From an uncultured beta proteobacterium (GTDB lineage: Bacteria; Pseudomonadota; Gammaproteobacteria; Burkholderiales; Rhodocyclaceae), in NCBI GenBank assembly GCA_963727115.1, contig CAVSFS010000011.1:89149-153148 (forward strand): 64,000 nucleotides of DNA, given 5' to 3'. Position numbers and translations under genes: made by a program. This document shows, one piece after another, positions 31,331 to 41,951 of this stretch. Each line of letters begins with the position of its first letter. The stretch's first letter is position 1. The notes under the pieces are model-generated. The model made no database searches. It was not told the origin of the DNA and was given only the letters and a program-made list of their open reading frames with translations.

Positions 31331-32106
31331 GGCTGGTCTCCCTCGTCGTTCTTGTTGCGACGCTCGTCATGGCGACGTTCGGGATCGGGCTCTTTGCCGG
31401 CTTCATGGCGGCGCTCCTCGCCGCTGCGGCGGTCGCCGACCATCGTGTGCTTGAGGTCGTGCATGTGCAGGTTGTCTTCCATGCCGTAGAAATCGACATC
31501 GACCGGTGGCACGACTTCTTCCAGGCCATCGACATGGCCGTGGTCGTGGTGCGGCAGCTCGCCCGTTTTCACGAACCCCCACATGACCTGCAGGAAGCGG
31601 AAGCACATCAATGAGGAGCCGAGCGGAATGGCGCTGTATACGATCCAGGTCGGCCATTCGAGGTCAGGCGTGGTCGGCCCCTGGTAGTTGTCGCCGGTGT
31701 CGATCCCGAGGAACTGGAAGATGGCGTAATGGGCGCCGTTTTCCCAGACGAAGTGCGCGCCCAGGGTAGCGACGATGCCGGTAAACGTGGCCCCGGCGAG
31801 CAGGCCGAAGACGATGAACTTGCCGCGCATGCGGTCGTCGAGACGGTTGATCAGTACATCGACGCCGACGTGGATGCCGGTACGCACACCATAGGCGGCG
31901 CCGAACTTGGCCATCCAGACGAACATGATGATGCACAGCTCCTGGGCCCACCCGAAATCGAGGGTCAGCAGCCAATCCTGCAATCCGGGAATAGCCATCC
32001 CGGCCATGTAGCGGTGGACAACCGATGCGAAGATTATCAGCGTGGCCGCCCCCATCAGGAAGGTGACCAGCAGCTCTTCGAGGTGATTGAGCGCCTTGTT
32101 GATCAT
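31327..32106 (-). CDS. dctQ: TRAP transporter small permease DctQ with an unusual charged, His-rich C-terminal tail
   Basis: 259 aa with a four-helix DctQ-like core, overlapping dctM by ATGA. The last 74 or so residues are hydrophilic (HHDHGHVDGLEE...ERRHDERRNKNDEGDQP). Confidence 0.8.
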   Translation of the reverse strand: MINKALNHLEELLVTFLMGAATLIIFASVVHRYMAGMAIPGLQDWLLTLDFGWAQELCIIMFVWMAKFGAAYGVRTGIHVGVDVLINRLDDRMRGKFIVFGLLAGATFTGIVATLGAHFVWENGAHYAIFQFLGIDTGDNYQGPTTPDLEWPTWIVYSAIPLGSSLMCFRFLQVMWGFVKTGELPHHDHGHVDGLEEVVPPVDVDFYGMEDNLHMHDLKHTMVGDRRSGEERRHEAGKEPDPERRHDERRNKNDEGDQP

Positions 32107-32212
32107 GAGGAATTCCCCCTTGCGAATCGGGGGCCGCGCCCCGTATGGCCTTGGGCCACGACGGGAAGTACCCTTGGAGTACGGCCCCCGATGTCCTTGT
32201 GGCTAAGTAGCG

Positions 32213-33217
32213 TTACAGGGAATCCGGCTTGAAGCCGATGTCCTTGTACACACTCTGGATGACTTCCTTGCCGATCCGGCTTTCCATCTTCTGATGCACA
32301 GGCACCAGCACCTTCTTGAACGCCAGGCGTTCTTCCTTGGTCGGCACATAGACGGCGGTCTTGCCACTCTTCTTCACTTTTTCCAGCGATTCGTCGTTTT
32401 CCACCTTGGCGATCTGGTTGGCGTAACGGGTCGCCTGCTCCATCGCGTCTTCAAGCTGCTTGCGAATATCAGCCGGCAGGCCATCCCAGAACTTCTTGTT
32501 GACGATCACCGCGTAGCCCAGATAACCGTGGTCGGTAATGGTCAGGTGCTTCTGTACTTCGAACATCTTCTGGGTATAAAGGTTGGAAATCGGGTTCTCG
32601 GTGCCGTCGACCACGCCCGTCTGCAGCGCCTGATAAACCTCGGAGAAGGCCATCACCTGCGGCAGGGAGCCCAGTGCGCGCATCTGTTCCTCGAGCACCT
32701 TGGACGACTGGATGCGCATCTTCTTGCCCTTCAGATCGGCCGGAGCCTTGATCGGCGAGTTCAGCGAGAAGGACTTGAAGCCGTTGTCCCAGTAAGCCAG
32801 GCCACGGATACCCTTGGGTTCCAGCTTGGCCAGCAATTGCTTGCCGACCGGGCCGGTCGTGATCTTGTGCAGATCGTCGTAATTGCTGAAGATGAAGGGC
32901 AGGTCGAAGACCTCGAATTCCTTGACGCCGAGCGGGCCGAACTTGGCCAGCGACGGGGCGAGCATCTGCACGGCGCCGAGCTGCAGCGCTTCCATTTCTT
33001 CCTTGTCCTTGTACAGCGTCGAGTTGGCATAAACCTCGACCTTGACCCGGCCCTTGGTCAGCTCGGCCGCCTTCTTGGCGAACATTTCCGCCGCCTTGCC
33101 TTTCGGGGTATCAATGGCAACCACATGGCTGAACTTGATGACGATCGGTTCCTCGGCGCAAACCGCCAGCGAAATTACGCTGGCAAACAGGCCAATCAGA
33201 AGCTTGGAAACTTTCAT
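32213..33217 (-). CDS. dctP: TRAP transporter periplasmic solute-binding protein DctP (C4-dicarboxylate type)
   Basis: 334 aa with a signal peptide (MKVSKLLIGLFASVISLAVCA) and DctP-family sequence (KFSHVVAIDTPKGKAAEMFAKK...). Confidence 0.88.
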   Translation of the reverse strand: MKVSKLLIGLFASVISLAVCAEEPIVIKFSHVVAIDTPKGKAAEMFAKKAAELTKGRVKVEVYANSTLYKDKEEMEALQLGAVQMLAPSLAKFGPLGVKEFEVFDLPFIFSNYDDLHKITTGPVGKQLLAKLEPKGIRGLAYWDNGFKSFSLNSPIKAPADLKGKKMRIQSSKVLEEQMRALGSLPQVMAFSEVYQALQTGVVDGTENPISNLYTQKMFEVQKHLTITDHGYLGYAVIVNKKFWDGLPADIRKQLEDAMEQATRYANQIAKVENDESLEKVKKSGKTAVYVPTKEERLAFKKVLVPVHQKMESRIGKEVIQSVYKDIGFKPDSL

Positions 33218-33301
33218 TATTTTCTCCTCCGGAAGATGGGTGCCACGGGTTTTTTTGATTGAGACTGTATGAAGTATTACGAAAGAGACAAGCGCTGCGT
33301 A

Positions 33302-33317
33302 TTGTGGTTATCCACAA
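33302..33317. promoter_or_regulatory. Palindrome TTGTGG-ttat-CCACAA upstream of dctP (candidate operator)
   Basis: Perfect 6-4-6 inverted repeat lying 85-100 nt upstream of the dctP ATG (33217). The same core recurs in the dctA/dctS intergenic region. Confidence 0.45.
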
Positions 33318-33329
33318 ATCTTCATGGAC

Positions 33330-33360
33330 CGAAATGGAAGCCGCCGGCTGGTCCGGCGGC
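33330..33360 (-). terminator. Probable intrinsic terminator after dctA
   Basis: Stem gccgccgg / ccggcggc (33340-33347 / 33353-33360) with loop ctggt, followed on the minus strand by ttccattt. Confidence 0.5.
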
Positions 33361-33379
33361 TATTTCGGCGCATCCTTGC

Positions 33380-34729
33380 TCAGTGATGCTCAAGAATCGG
33401 ACGCGGGCTATGCGAAATCGTCGGCTCCGGCGAATCGTCGAGAACGAGTTCCGGGAAATCGGCCTCGTCCGTCGTTTCACCGTCGAGAACCGCCTTCAGT
33501 TTCGCTGTATCCAGTGCCTTGCACCACTTGGCGACGACCAGCGTGGCGACGCTGTTACCGATGATGTTGGTCAGCGCCCGCGCTTCGGACATGAAGCGGT
33601 CGATGCCGAGAATCAGCGCCAGGCCGGCCACCGGCACGGTGCCAACGGCGGACAGCGTGGCCGCCAGCACGATGAAGCCGCTGCCGGTGACGCCGGCGGC
33701 GCCCTTGGAGGTCAGCAACAGAATGACCAGCAGCGTGACCTGCTGCGTCAGGGTCATCGGCGTGTTGGTCGCCTGGGCAATGAAGACGGCCGCCATGGTG
33801 AGGTAGATCGAGGTACCGTCGAGGTTGAAGGAGTAACCCGTCGGCACGACCAGGCCGACCACCGATTTCTCGGCGCCGGCGTTTTCCATCTTGGCCATCA
33901 GGCGCGGCAGCGCCGATTCGGACGAAGAAGTGCCGAGGACAAGGAAGAGTTCTTCCTTGATGTACTTGATCAATTTCCAGATGTTGAAGCCGTGGGCCGC
34001 TGCAATGCTGCCCAGCACGCCGAAAATGAAAACCACGCAGGTCAGGTAGAAGGCGCCCATCAGGCTGGCCAGTTGCGTCAGGCTGCCGAGGCCATGCTTG
34101 CCGATGGTGTAGGCCATCGCACCGAAGGCGCCGATCGGGGCAACCTTCATGATGACGCCGACGATGCCGAACAGCACATGCGAGAGTTTTTCGATCAGAT
34201 CGAACACCGGCTTGCCGCGTTCGCCAAAGGCGTGCATCGAGTAACCGAACAGGATGGAGAAGAACAGCACCTGCAGCATGTCGCCCTTGGCGAAGGCATC
34301 GACCACGCTGGTCGGGATGATGTTCAGCAGGAACTCGGTGGTCGTCAGCATCTTGCCCGGACCGGCGTATTTGTCGATGCCCTTGGTGTCCAGCGTGCTC
34401 GGATCGACGTTCATGCCGACGCCGGGTTGCCAGAGATTCACGACAATGAGGCCGATGACCAGCGCGATGGAACTGACCACTTCAAAATAGAGCACCGCCA
34501 GACCGCCGGTCTTGCCGACTTTCTTCATGTCCTCCATGCCGGCAATACCGACGACGATGGTGCAGAAGATGATCGGCGCGATGATCATCTTGATCAGCTT
34601 GATGAAGCCATCGCCCAGCGGCTTCATCGCCGCGCCGGTGTCCGGGTAGAAATGGCCGAGCGCCACGCCGATGACGATAGCGACGATCACCTGGAAGTAC
34701 AGACTCTTGAATAACGCTCTCTTGGCCAT
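33380..34729 (-). CDS. dctA: C4-dicarboxylate transport protein DctA (DAACS family sodium/proton:dicarboxylate symporter)
   Basis: 449 aa: [29 protein letters not shown]...[11 protein letters not shown]...[18 protein letters not shown]. Confidence 0.92.
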   Translation of the reverse strand: MAKRALFKSLYFQVIVAIVIGVALGHFYPDTGAAMKPLGDGFIKLIKMIIAPIIFCTIVVGIAGMEDMKKVGKTGGLAVLYFEVVSSIALVIGLIVVNLWQPGVGMNVDPSTLDTKGIDKYAGPGKMLTTTEFLLNIIPTSVVDAFAKGDMLQVLFFSILFGYSMHAFGERGKPVFDLIEKLSHVLFGIVGVIMKVAPIGAFGAMAYTIGKHGLGSLTQLASLMGAFYLTCVVFIFGVLGSIAAAHGFNIWKLIKYIKEELFLVLGTSSSESALPRLMAKMENAGAEKSVVGLVVPTGYSFNLDGTSIYLTMAAVFIAQATNTPMTLTQQVTLLVILLLTSKGAAGVTGSGFIVLAATLSAVGTVPVAGLALILGIDRFMSEARALTNIIGNSVATLVVAKWCKALDTAKLKAVLDGETTDEADFPELVLDDSPEPTISHSPRPILEHH

Positions 34730-34817
34730 GGAAACGAGCTCCTCGAATGGCTACCCTGGGAAATTCCGGAATCCAGTATCGGTATCCGCGGCCATCTGCA
34801 CCATTGTGGACATCCGC

Positions 34818-34835
34818 ATTGTGGATTTCCACAAT
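34818..34835. promoter_or_regulatory. Perfect 18-bp palindrome ATTGTGGATTTCCACAAT in the divergent dctA/dctS intergenic region, plus an extra direct half-site at 34803-34810
   Basis: The core is TTGTGG-attt-CCACAA, lying 89-106 nt upstream of the dctA ATG and 40-57 nt upstream of the dctS ATG. The half-site ATTGTGGA is repeated 15 nt away. Confidence 0.5.
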
Positions 34836-34874
34836 CGGCGGATGAGCGGGCGGCGGCTGGGTTAACATCTGCCC

Positions 34875-36854
34875 ATGCATCCCCTTCCGCCGCCTGTCAG
34901 CTCGCGCCGCCTGCGCTGGTTTCTCGCCCTGCCCAAGCTGGGCGTGGTGCTGCTGCTGGCTGCCGTCCTCGCGCTGCTCTGGCTGCTGCACCAGAACGAG
35001 GTGGAAGAGGAACGTCTCAGCCTGATCAAGGATGTGCTTTGGCTGGAACAGAACCTGCGTTTCCATCTCGGCAACAATGAAGAACAGCTCCAGCAACTGG
35101 CCTCCGACCTTGGCAACCAGCCGGACCGGCAGCACCTGTTCCGGGTGCGCGCCAACCACATGCTGAAGAACAATCCGGATATCTCGCAGATCATCTGGTT
35201 CGATCCGCGGCGCAAGGTGATCGATGCCCTGCCGGCGGCGCTGCCGGCCGACAGCGAGCTGGAGGCCTTCGGGCCGCCGGTGACGCAGAAAGCCTTCGAG
35301 CTGGCGAGCCGTCTGAGCAAGCGCGTTTACAGCGAACCATTTTTCCTGAGCGGCAACGTCGCCCACTTCGCGCTCGCCGTGCCGGTTTTCGCCGAACGCG
35401 AGCTGGCCGGCATGCTGGTCGTCACCTATTCGATCGACGGGCTGCTCGGGAGTCTTGTGCCCTGGTGGTTCGCCGAGAAATACCGGGTGGTCGTGGTTGA
35501 CGACAACGAGGTGCAATTCGCTGCCAAATCGAACATCGAAGGCATTCCCAGCATCTCCTACGAACTGCCCTTCGAGCCGCCCGGCTACGGCCTGAAATTC
35601 CGTGTCACCAGCTACCAGAACCCCGGCAATCCCTTGCAGCGCTTGCTGGCCGGCGCCATTCTGATACTCGCCGCCGGGGTCTTCTGGAGTCTGTGGATCG
35701 TCCGCGACCTGATGAAGAAGCGCGCGCTGGCCGAAGAGGCGCTGCGCGCGGAACATGCATTGCGCGCGGCAATGGAGGATTCGCTGACCGTCGGCATGCG
35801 GGCGCGCGACCTCGTCGGCAAGATCATCTACGTCAATCCGGCGTTCTGCCGGATGACCGGGTTCACCAGCGAGGAACTGGTCGGCCGCAGCCCGCCGATG
35901 CCCTACTGGGTTCCGGAACAATTGAACGAAACGATGGCGGTGCACCAGGCTGTGCTGGCCGGCGACGCGCCGCCCGACGGCTTCGAGATCACTTTCCGGC
36001 GCAAGGACGGCGGACATTTCCAGGCGCTGATCTACGAGGCGCCGCTGATCGACGGCAATGGCCGGCACACCGGCTGGATGGCCTCGGTACTCGATGTCAC
36101 GGAACGGCGGCGCGCCGAGGAACTGGCCCGCCAGCAGCAGGAACAACTGCAATTCACTTCACGCCTGGTGACCATGGGCGAGATGGCGTCGACACTGGCG
36201 CACGAACTGAACCAGCCGCTGGCAGCGATTGCCAGCTACAACACGGGTTGCCTGAACCTTCTCGCGAAAGGCGACATCGATACCCAGGACATCCGCCAGG
36301 CGCTGGAAAAACTTGGCATCCAGGCCCAGCGCGCCGGACGCATCATTCGCCGCGTGCATGATTTCGTCAGGAAGAGCGAGCCGAAGCGCGCGCCCTGTGC
36401 GCTCGGCGAGATCATCGAGGACTGTGTCGGCTTCGTCGAAGCGGAAGCGCGCAAGCGTCATGTGACCCTCGAAATCCGGATGCCGGAACTGCCCCCGGTA
36501 CTGGCCGACCGCCTGATGCTCGAACAGGTGCTGCTCAACCTGATCCGCAACGGCATGGAGGCGATGGCCGGAACGCCGGAAGCACAGCGCTTGTTGCGCG
36601 TTTCCGCCGAGCGTAACGACAGCGAAGCGGTCGTCAGCATTGTCGACAACGGCTGCGGCATCGCGCCCGATGTGCGCGAGAAGCTGTTCACCGCCTTCTT
36701 TACGACCAAACCCGAAGGCATGGGCGTCGGCCTCTCGATCTGTCGCTCGATCATCGAATTTCACCGCGGCCGCCTGTGGGTGGAAGAGAATTCACTGTCG
36801 CCGTCCGGAAGCGGTACGATATTCAGCTTCACCCTGCCGCTGGAGTCCGCGTGA
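34875..36854 (+). CDS. dctS: Sensor histidine kinase, DctS-like (periplasmic sensor, PAS, HisKA, HATPase)
   Basis: 659 aa with two transmembrane segments flanking a periplasmic domain of about 250 aa and a PAS region (MEDSLTVGMRARDLVGKIIYVNPAFCRMTGF). H-box is EMASTLAHELNQPLAAI; N/G boxes are LLNLIRNGMEAM and DNGCGI. It sits next to dctA/dctPQM and a FixJ/LuxR-type regulator. Confidence 0.7.
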   Translation: MHPLPPPVSSRRLRWFLALPKLGVVLLLAAVLALLWLLHQNEVEEERLSLIKDVLWLEQNLRFHLGNNEEQLQQLASDLGNQPDRQHLFRVRANHMLKNNPDISQIIWFDPRRKVIDALPAALPADSELEAFGPPVTQKAFELASRLSKRVYSEPFFLSGNVAHFALAVPVFAERELAGMLVVTYSIDGLLGSLVPWWFAEKYRVVVVDDNEVQFAAKSNIEGIPSISYELPFEPPGYGLKFRVTSYQNPGNPLQRLLAGAILILAAGVFWSLWIVRDLMKKRALAEEALRAEHALRAAMEDSLTVGMRARDLVGKIIYVNPAFCRMTGFTSEELVGRSPPMPYWVPEQLNETMAVHQAVLAGDAPPDGFEITFRRKDGGHFQALIYEAPLIDGNGRHTGWMASVLDVTERRRAEELARQQQEQLQFTSRLVTMGEMASTLAHELNQPLAAIASYNTGCLNLLAKGDIDTQDIRQALEKLGIQAQRAGRIIRRVHDFVRKSEPKRAPCALGEIIEDCVGFVEAEARKRHVTLEIRMPELPPVLADRLMLEQVLLNLIRNGMEAMAGTPEAQRLLRVSAERNDSEAVVSIVDNGCGIAPDVREKLFTAFFTTKPEGMGVGLSICRSIIEFHRGRLWVEENSLSPSGSGTIFSFTLPLESA

Positions 36855-37453
36855 CCCTGCCCAAAGCCCATCTGGTCGACGACGACGAAGCCATCCGCGA
36901 TGCGCTGGCCTGGCTGTTCAAGTCGCGCGGCGTATCCTGCACGACCTATGACCGCGCCGAAACTTTCCTCGCCGCCTGGACGCCGAAGCTGACCGGCTGC
37001 GTGATTCTCGACATGCGCATGCCGGGCATGAGCGGACTCGACTGCTTCGATGCGCTGAATGGGCGCAATTCGACACTGCCGGTGATATTCCTGACCGGGC
37101 ATGGCGATGTACCGCTGGCCGTTGCCACCCTGAAAAAAGGCGCCTTCGATTTCTTCGAGAAGCCCTTCAACGACAACGAACTTGCCAGCCGCGCCCAGGA
37201 AGCGATGGAGTTCGATGCCGCGCAGCGCGCCGCCAATGCCACGGTCAACTCGGTAAATTCCCGGATTTCCACCTTGACCACCCGCGAGCGGCAGGTCATG
37301 GAACTGGTCCTGCTCGGCAAGTTCAACAAGGTCATTGCCGACGAACTGAACATCAGCATGCGCACCGTCGAGGTTCATCGCGCCAATCTGTTCGACAAAA
37401 TGAAGGTTAAAACCGCGGTCGAACTCGCCAATTTGCTCAAACCCAACCGCTGA
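36851..37453 (+). CDS. dctR: FixJ/LuxR-family response regulator, DctR-like
   Basis: The GTG start at 36851 overlaps the kinase stop (GTGA). Receiver domain (HLVDDDEAIRDAL...ILDMRMPGMSG) plus a LuxR HTH (LTTRERQVMELVLLGKFNKVIADELNISMRTVEVHRANLFDKM). Confidence 0.75.
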   Translation: MTLPKAHLVDDDEAIRDALAWLFKSRGVSCTTYDRAETFLAAWTPKLTGCVILDMRMPGMSGLDCFDALNGRNSTLPVIFLTGHGDVPLAVATLKKGAFDFFEKPFNDNELASRAQEAMEFDAAQRAANATVNSVNSRISTLTTRERQVMELVLLGKFNKVIADELNISMRTVEVHRANLFDKMKVKTAVELANLLKPNR

Positions 37454-37561
37454 CCCTTCCCTTGTGCCCTCTTTTTCGCTAGCATTTCCCGAGGCATACC
37501 TGCGCCAGTCCCGGCGCCCCCTTTTTTATTCCGGGTTTTACCCCATTCCACGAGGCATTAC

Positions 37562-37888
37562 ATGAGCGAGCACATCCATTACATCACCGATGACACCTTC
37601 GAAGCCGAAGTGCTGCAATCGCAGCAGCCGGTTCTGGTGGACTACTGGGCCGAATGGTGCGGCCCATGCAAGATGATCGCTCCGATCCTCGACGATATCG
37701 CTAAGGAATACGCCGGCAAGCTCAAGGTAGCCAAGGTCAATATCGACGACAACCAGGCGACGCCGGCCAAGTTCGGCATCCGCGGCATCCCGACCCTGAT
37801 GATCTTCAAGAATGGCAACGTCGAGGCGACCAAGGTTGGCGCGCTGTCGAAATCGCAACTCGCTGCCTTTATTGACAGCAACCTGTAA
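37562..37888 (+). CDS. trxA: Thioredoxin 1
   Basis: 108 aa with the WCGPC active site ([15 protein letters not shown]). Confidence 0.96.
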   Translation: MSEHIHYITDDTFEAEVLQSQQPVLVDYWAEWCGPCKMIAPILDDIAKEYAGKLKVAKVNIDDNQATPAKFGIRGIPTLMIFKNGNVEATKVGALSKSQLAAFIDSNL

Positions 37889-37904
37889 TCTCCGTACCCT
37901 CCCG

Positions 37905-37933
37905 GCCTGAAGGTGCGTTCTGCGCCTTCAGGC
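37905..37933 (+). promoter_or_regulatory. Strong stem-loop between trxA and rho with no U-tract
   Basis: 12-bp stem gcctgaaggtgc / gcgccttcaggc (one G-T pair) with a 5-nt loop, 17 nt after the trxA stop. It lies in the 164-nt trxA-rho spacer. Confidence 0.4.
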
Positions 37934-38052
37934 AGACGCACCAGGCTTCGCGCCCCGGCGTCTTTCCCCACACCAAAAGCTCTCAAGCTTCAGCGCCCCG
38001 GTTTTCGGGCAGTCGCCCGGCCCTTCTTTTCGGCGCCACACACACTCAATAA

Positions 38053-39312
<1,260 letters not shown>

Positions 39313-39326
39313 GCCGCTAAAACGTA

Positions 39327-39355
39327 TTGCAAGCGCGTGATTATTCGAGGATAAT
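39327..39355 (+). promoter_or_regulatory. Sigma-70 promoter candidate for rpmE (TTGCAA-N17-GATAAT)
   Basis: TTGCAA at 39327-39332, a 17-nt spacer, and GATAAT at 39350-39355, about 55 nt upstream of the rpmE ATG. Confidence 0.45.
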
Positions 39356-39409
39356 CATGCGTTTCCCAGATCGGCCACATCCGCCGGTCGCTTGCTTAAA
39401 GGACAAAAG

Positions 39410-39634
39410 ATGAAAGCCGATATCCACCCGAACTACAAAGAAATTCAGGTCAACTGCTCGTGCGGCAACGCCTTCACGACCCGTTCGACGATGAACAAGG
39501 AATCCTTCCACGTCGAAGTCTGCTCCGCCTGCCACCCGTTCTATACCGGCAAGCAGAAGATCGTCGACACCGCCGGCCGCGTCGAAAAGTTCAACCAGAA
39601 ATTCGGCGCCATGCGCGGCAAGGCTGCCGCCTGA
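39410..39634 (+). CDS. rpmE: 50S ribosomal protein L31 (Zn-ribbon type A)
   Basis: ORF 39392-39634 trimmed to ATG 39410 ([20 protein letters not shown]...[13 protein letters not shown]). Confidence 0.93.
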   Translation: MKADIHPNYKEIQVNCSCGNAFTTRSTMNKESFHVEVCSACHPFYTGKQKIVDTAGRVEKFNQKFGAMRGKAAA

Positions 39635-39655
39635 TCGGTTTGAGCCACTCAGGAA

Positions 39656-39681
39656 AGGGCAGCCGCAGGGCTGCCTTTTTC
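39656..39681 (+). terminator. Intrinsic terminator after rpmE
   Basis: Sequence gggcagcc-gca-gggctgcc followed by ttttt. Confidence 0.75.
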
Positions 39682-39715
39682 ATTTACAGGCTCATTTACA
39701 GACCTTCCGCTTTGC

Positions 39716-41338
39716 ATGTCTGATTTCGCCACCCGCCTCCGTTCCGGTATCCGCCTGCCCCCGGTCGGCTGGGCACTGGCCGCCATGCTGGCGTTCTACG
39801 TTCTGGCCGGCCTTTTCGGGCGCGACCCATGGAAGGGCGAAGACGCCATCCACATCGGCACCGCCTGGCACATGCTGCACTACGGCGACTGGCTGTCACC
39901 CGACCTCGCCGGGCGCCCCTTTCACGAACCACCGCTCTACTACTGGACCGCCACCCTGACCGGCAAGGCGCTCGGCTGGCTGTTGCCGCTGCATGAAGCA
40001 ATTCGCCTGGCCAGTGGCGTCTGGGTCGCGCTGGCACTGGTCGGAATCTACTATGCCGGCCGCGAACTCCACGGGCAGGAAAGCGCCGCCGCCAGCCCGC
40101 TCCTGCTCGCCGGTTGTGTCGGCCTTCTCATCCATGCCCACGATGCCCAGCCGATGCTGGTCGCCGTCGCTGCCTACAGCGGCGCCATCGGTGCGCTTGC
40201 CGCACTGGGCCGCCGGCCACGGCTGGCGGGTACGTTCTACGGTCTCGCCATCGCCGCCTGTCTGCTCGGCACCGGGATTGCCCCGACCCTGCCACTGCTG
40301 GCCATCGCGCCGCTTGCCTGGTGGCTGTCCGCTGATCGGCGGAAGGCGCTGCAGGCCCTTGCCCTCGGCCTTGGTCTCGCGCTGATCCTCATTCTTCCCT
40401 GGCCGCTCTTGCTGCTCGCCTTCGAACCCTCGCGCTTCCACGGCTGGCTGAACACCGAACTGGTCCCGCTCAAGACGCCCTTCTCATTCAGCGGCGCCGG
40501 GCGCTTTCTGTTGCTGCTGCCATGGTTCGCCTTCCCGGCCCTGCCGCTGGCAGCCTGGGCACTGTGGACGCGGCGCAAGGCGCTACAGGCGATGCCGCAG
40601 TTGCTGCCCCTGGTCTTCCTGCTGCTGACCTTCCTGATGCTTGCTCTCGCTTTCCGGCCACGCGAGATCCCCGCCCTGCTGATGCTACCGCCGCTCGCCT
40701 TGCTGGCGACGCCGGGCGCCCTGACATTGCGTCGCGGCGCCGCCAACGCCTTCGACTGGTTTGCCATGATGACCTTCAGCGTCTTCGCGGTGCTGGTCTG
40801 GGTTGGTTGGTCGGCCATGGTACTCGGCTGGCCGGAACGGCTGGCCAAACGGGTCGTTGTTCTGCGTCCGGGTTTTGTCGGGCACTTCGAGATCGTCGCG
40901 TTTGTCATCGGCATTCTGGCATCGATCTGGTGGCTCTGGCTGATCGTCACCGCCCCGCGCTCGCCTTATCGCAGCCTCACCCACTGGACGCTCGGTTTCA
41001 CGACCATCTGGCTGATGGCGACCTCGCTGGTCCTGCCCTGGTTCGACTATGGCAAAACCTATCGTCCGGTCGCCGAGGCCATTGCCCGGGCTTTACCTGA
41101 CGACCACGGCTGCCTGGCCGAACGCGGCCTCAACGACACCCAGCGCGCCTCGCTCGCCTATTTCATCGGGATCGAACCCGATGCGGCGGATACCGCCGCC
41201 GGCAAACAATGCGACTGGCTATTGGTCACCGGCAACAACAAACAGGAACTGGCTGCCCCGGAAGGCACATGGACCCGCGCCTGGGAGGGCAATCGCCCCG
41301 CCGATCGCAGGGAAAAATTCCGCCTCTACCGGCGCTGA
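39716..41338 (+). CDS. Polytopic membrane glycosyltransferase, GT39/ArnT-PMT-like
   Basis: 540 aa with at least 10 predicted helices. The N-terminal loop RDPWKGEDAIHIGTAWHMLHYGDWLSPDLAGRPFHEPPLYYW resembles the ArnT/PMT_2 family. Confidence 0.6.
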   Translation: MSDFATRLRSGIRLPPVGWALAAMLAFYVLAGLFGRDPWKGEDAIHIGTAWHMLHYGDWLSPDLAGRPFHEPPLYYWTATLTGKALGWLLPLHEAIRLASGVWVALALVGIYYAGRELHGQESAAASPLLLAGCVGLLIHAHDAQPMLVAVAAYSGAIGALAALGRRPRLAGTFYGLAIAACLLGTGIAPTLPLLAIAPLAWWLSADRRKALQALALGLGLALILILPWPLLLLAFEPSRFHGWLNTELVPLKTPFSFSGAGRFLLLLPWFAFPALPLAAWALWTRRKALQAMPQLLPLVFLLLTFLMLALAFRPREIPALLMLPPLALLATPGALTLRRGAANAFDWFAMMTFSVFAVLVWVGWSAMVLGWPERLAKRVVVLRPGFVGHFEIVAFVIGILASIWWLWLIVTAPRSPYRSLTHWTLGFTTIWLMATSLVLPWFDYGKTYRPVAEAIARALPDDHGCLAERGLNDTQRASLAYFIGIEPDAADTAAGKQCDWLLVTGNNKQELAAPEGTWTRAWEGNRPADRREKFRLYRR

Positions 41339-41349
41339 GCACCCTGAAA

Positions 41350-41895
41350 TCAGGCTTTCAGGAAGTGTTCCCGGTAATACTTGAGTTCGTCGATCGACTC
41401 GTGGATATCGGCCAGCGCCGTATGCCGGCCCTTCTTCTTGAAGCCCTTGTAGATTTCCGGTTGCCAGCGCTTGCACAACTCCTTCAGGGTGCTGACGTCG
41501 AGATTGCGGTAGTGAAAGAAAGCTTCCAGCGTCGGCATGTAGCGGGCCATGAAACGGCGGTCCTGGCCGATCGAGTTGCCGCACATCGGCGAGTGTCCCT
41601 TCGAGGAATATTTCTTCAGGAATTCCAGGGCCAGCAGTTCAACCGCAGCCTCGTCCAGCGTCGATGCCTTGACCTTGTCGATCAGGCCGGAACGGCCATG
41701 CGTCTTCTGATTCCACTCGTCCATGGCGGCCAGCGCTGCGTCCGACTGGTACACGACCCAGGCCGGCGACTCAGCGACCATTTCCAGTTCCGAATTGGTC
41801 ACCACCATCGCCATTTCGATAATCCGGTCGCCATCCGGATTAAGACCGGTCATTTCCATATCCAGCCAGACGAGGTTGTTTGCGTTGCCTGTCAT
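41350..41895 (-). CDS. orn: Oligoribonuclease
   Basis: ORF 41350-42024 trimmed to ATG 41895 ([29 protein letters not shown]...). DEDDh exonuclease motifs are present, including [17 protein letters not shown]. Confidence 0.92.
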   Translation of the reverse strand: MTGNANNLVWLDMEMTGLNPDGDRIIEMAMVVTNSELEMVAESPAWVVYQSDAALAAMDEWNQKTHGRSGLIDKVKASTLDEAAVELLALEFLKKYSSKGHSPMCGNSIGQDRRFMARYMPTLEAFFHYRNLDVSTLKELCKRWQPEIYKGFKKKGRHTALADIHESIDELKYYREHFLKA

Positions 41896-41951
41896 ATAAT
41901 TGCCCAACACCTTGAAAACCAGCATTTTCTCATAGCTTCGCACCCAGTTTC

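Noticed and set aside
33225-33250. TGGCAC on the minus strand upstream of dctP, considered as a sigma-54 promoter because rhizobial dctA is RpoN-dependent
   Set aside because: The -12 position reads TTCC rather than TTGC. The element sits almost on top of the ribosome-binding site (GGAGGA). The linked regulator is FixJ/LuxR-type, not an enhancer-binding protein.
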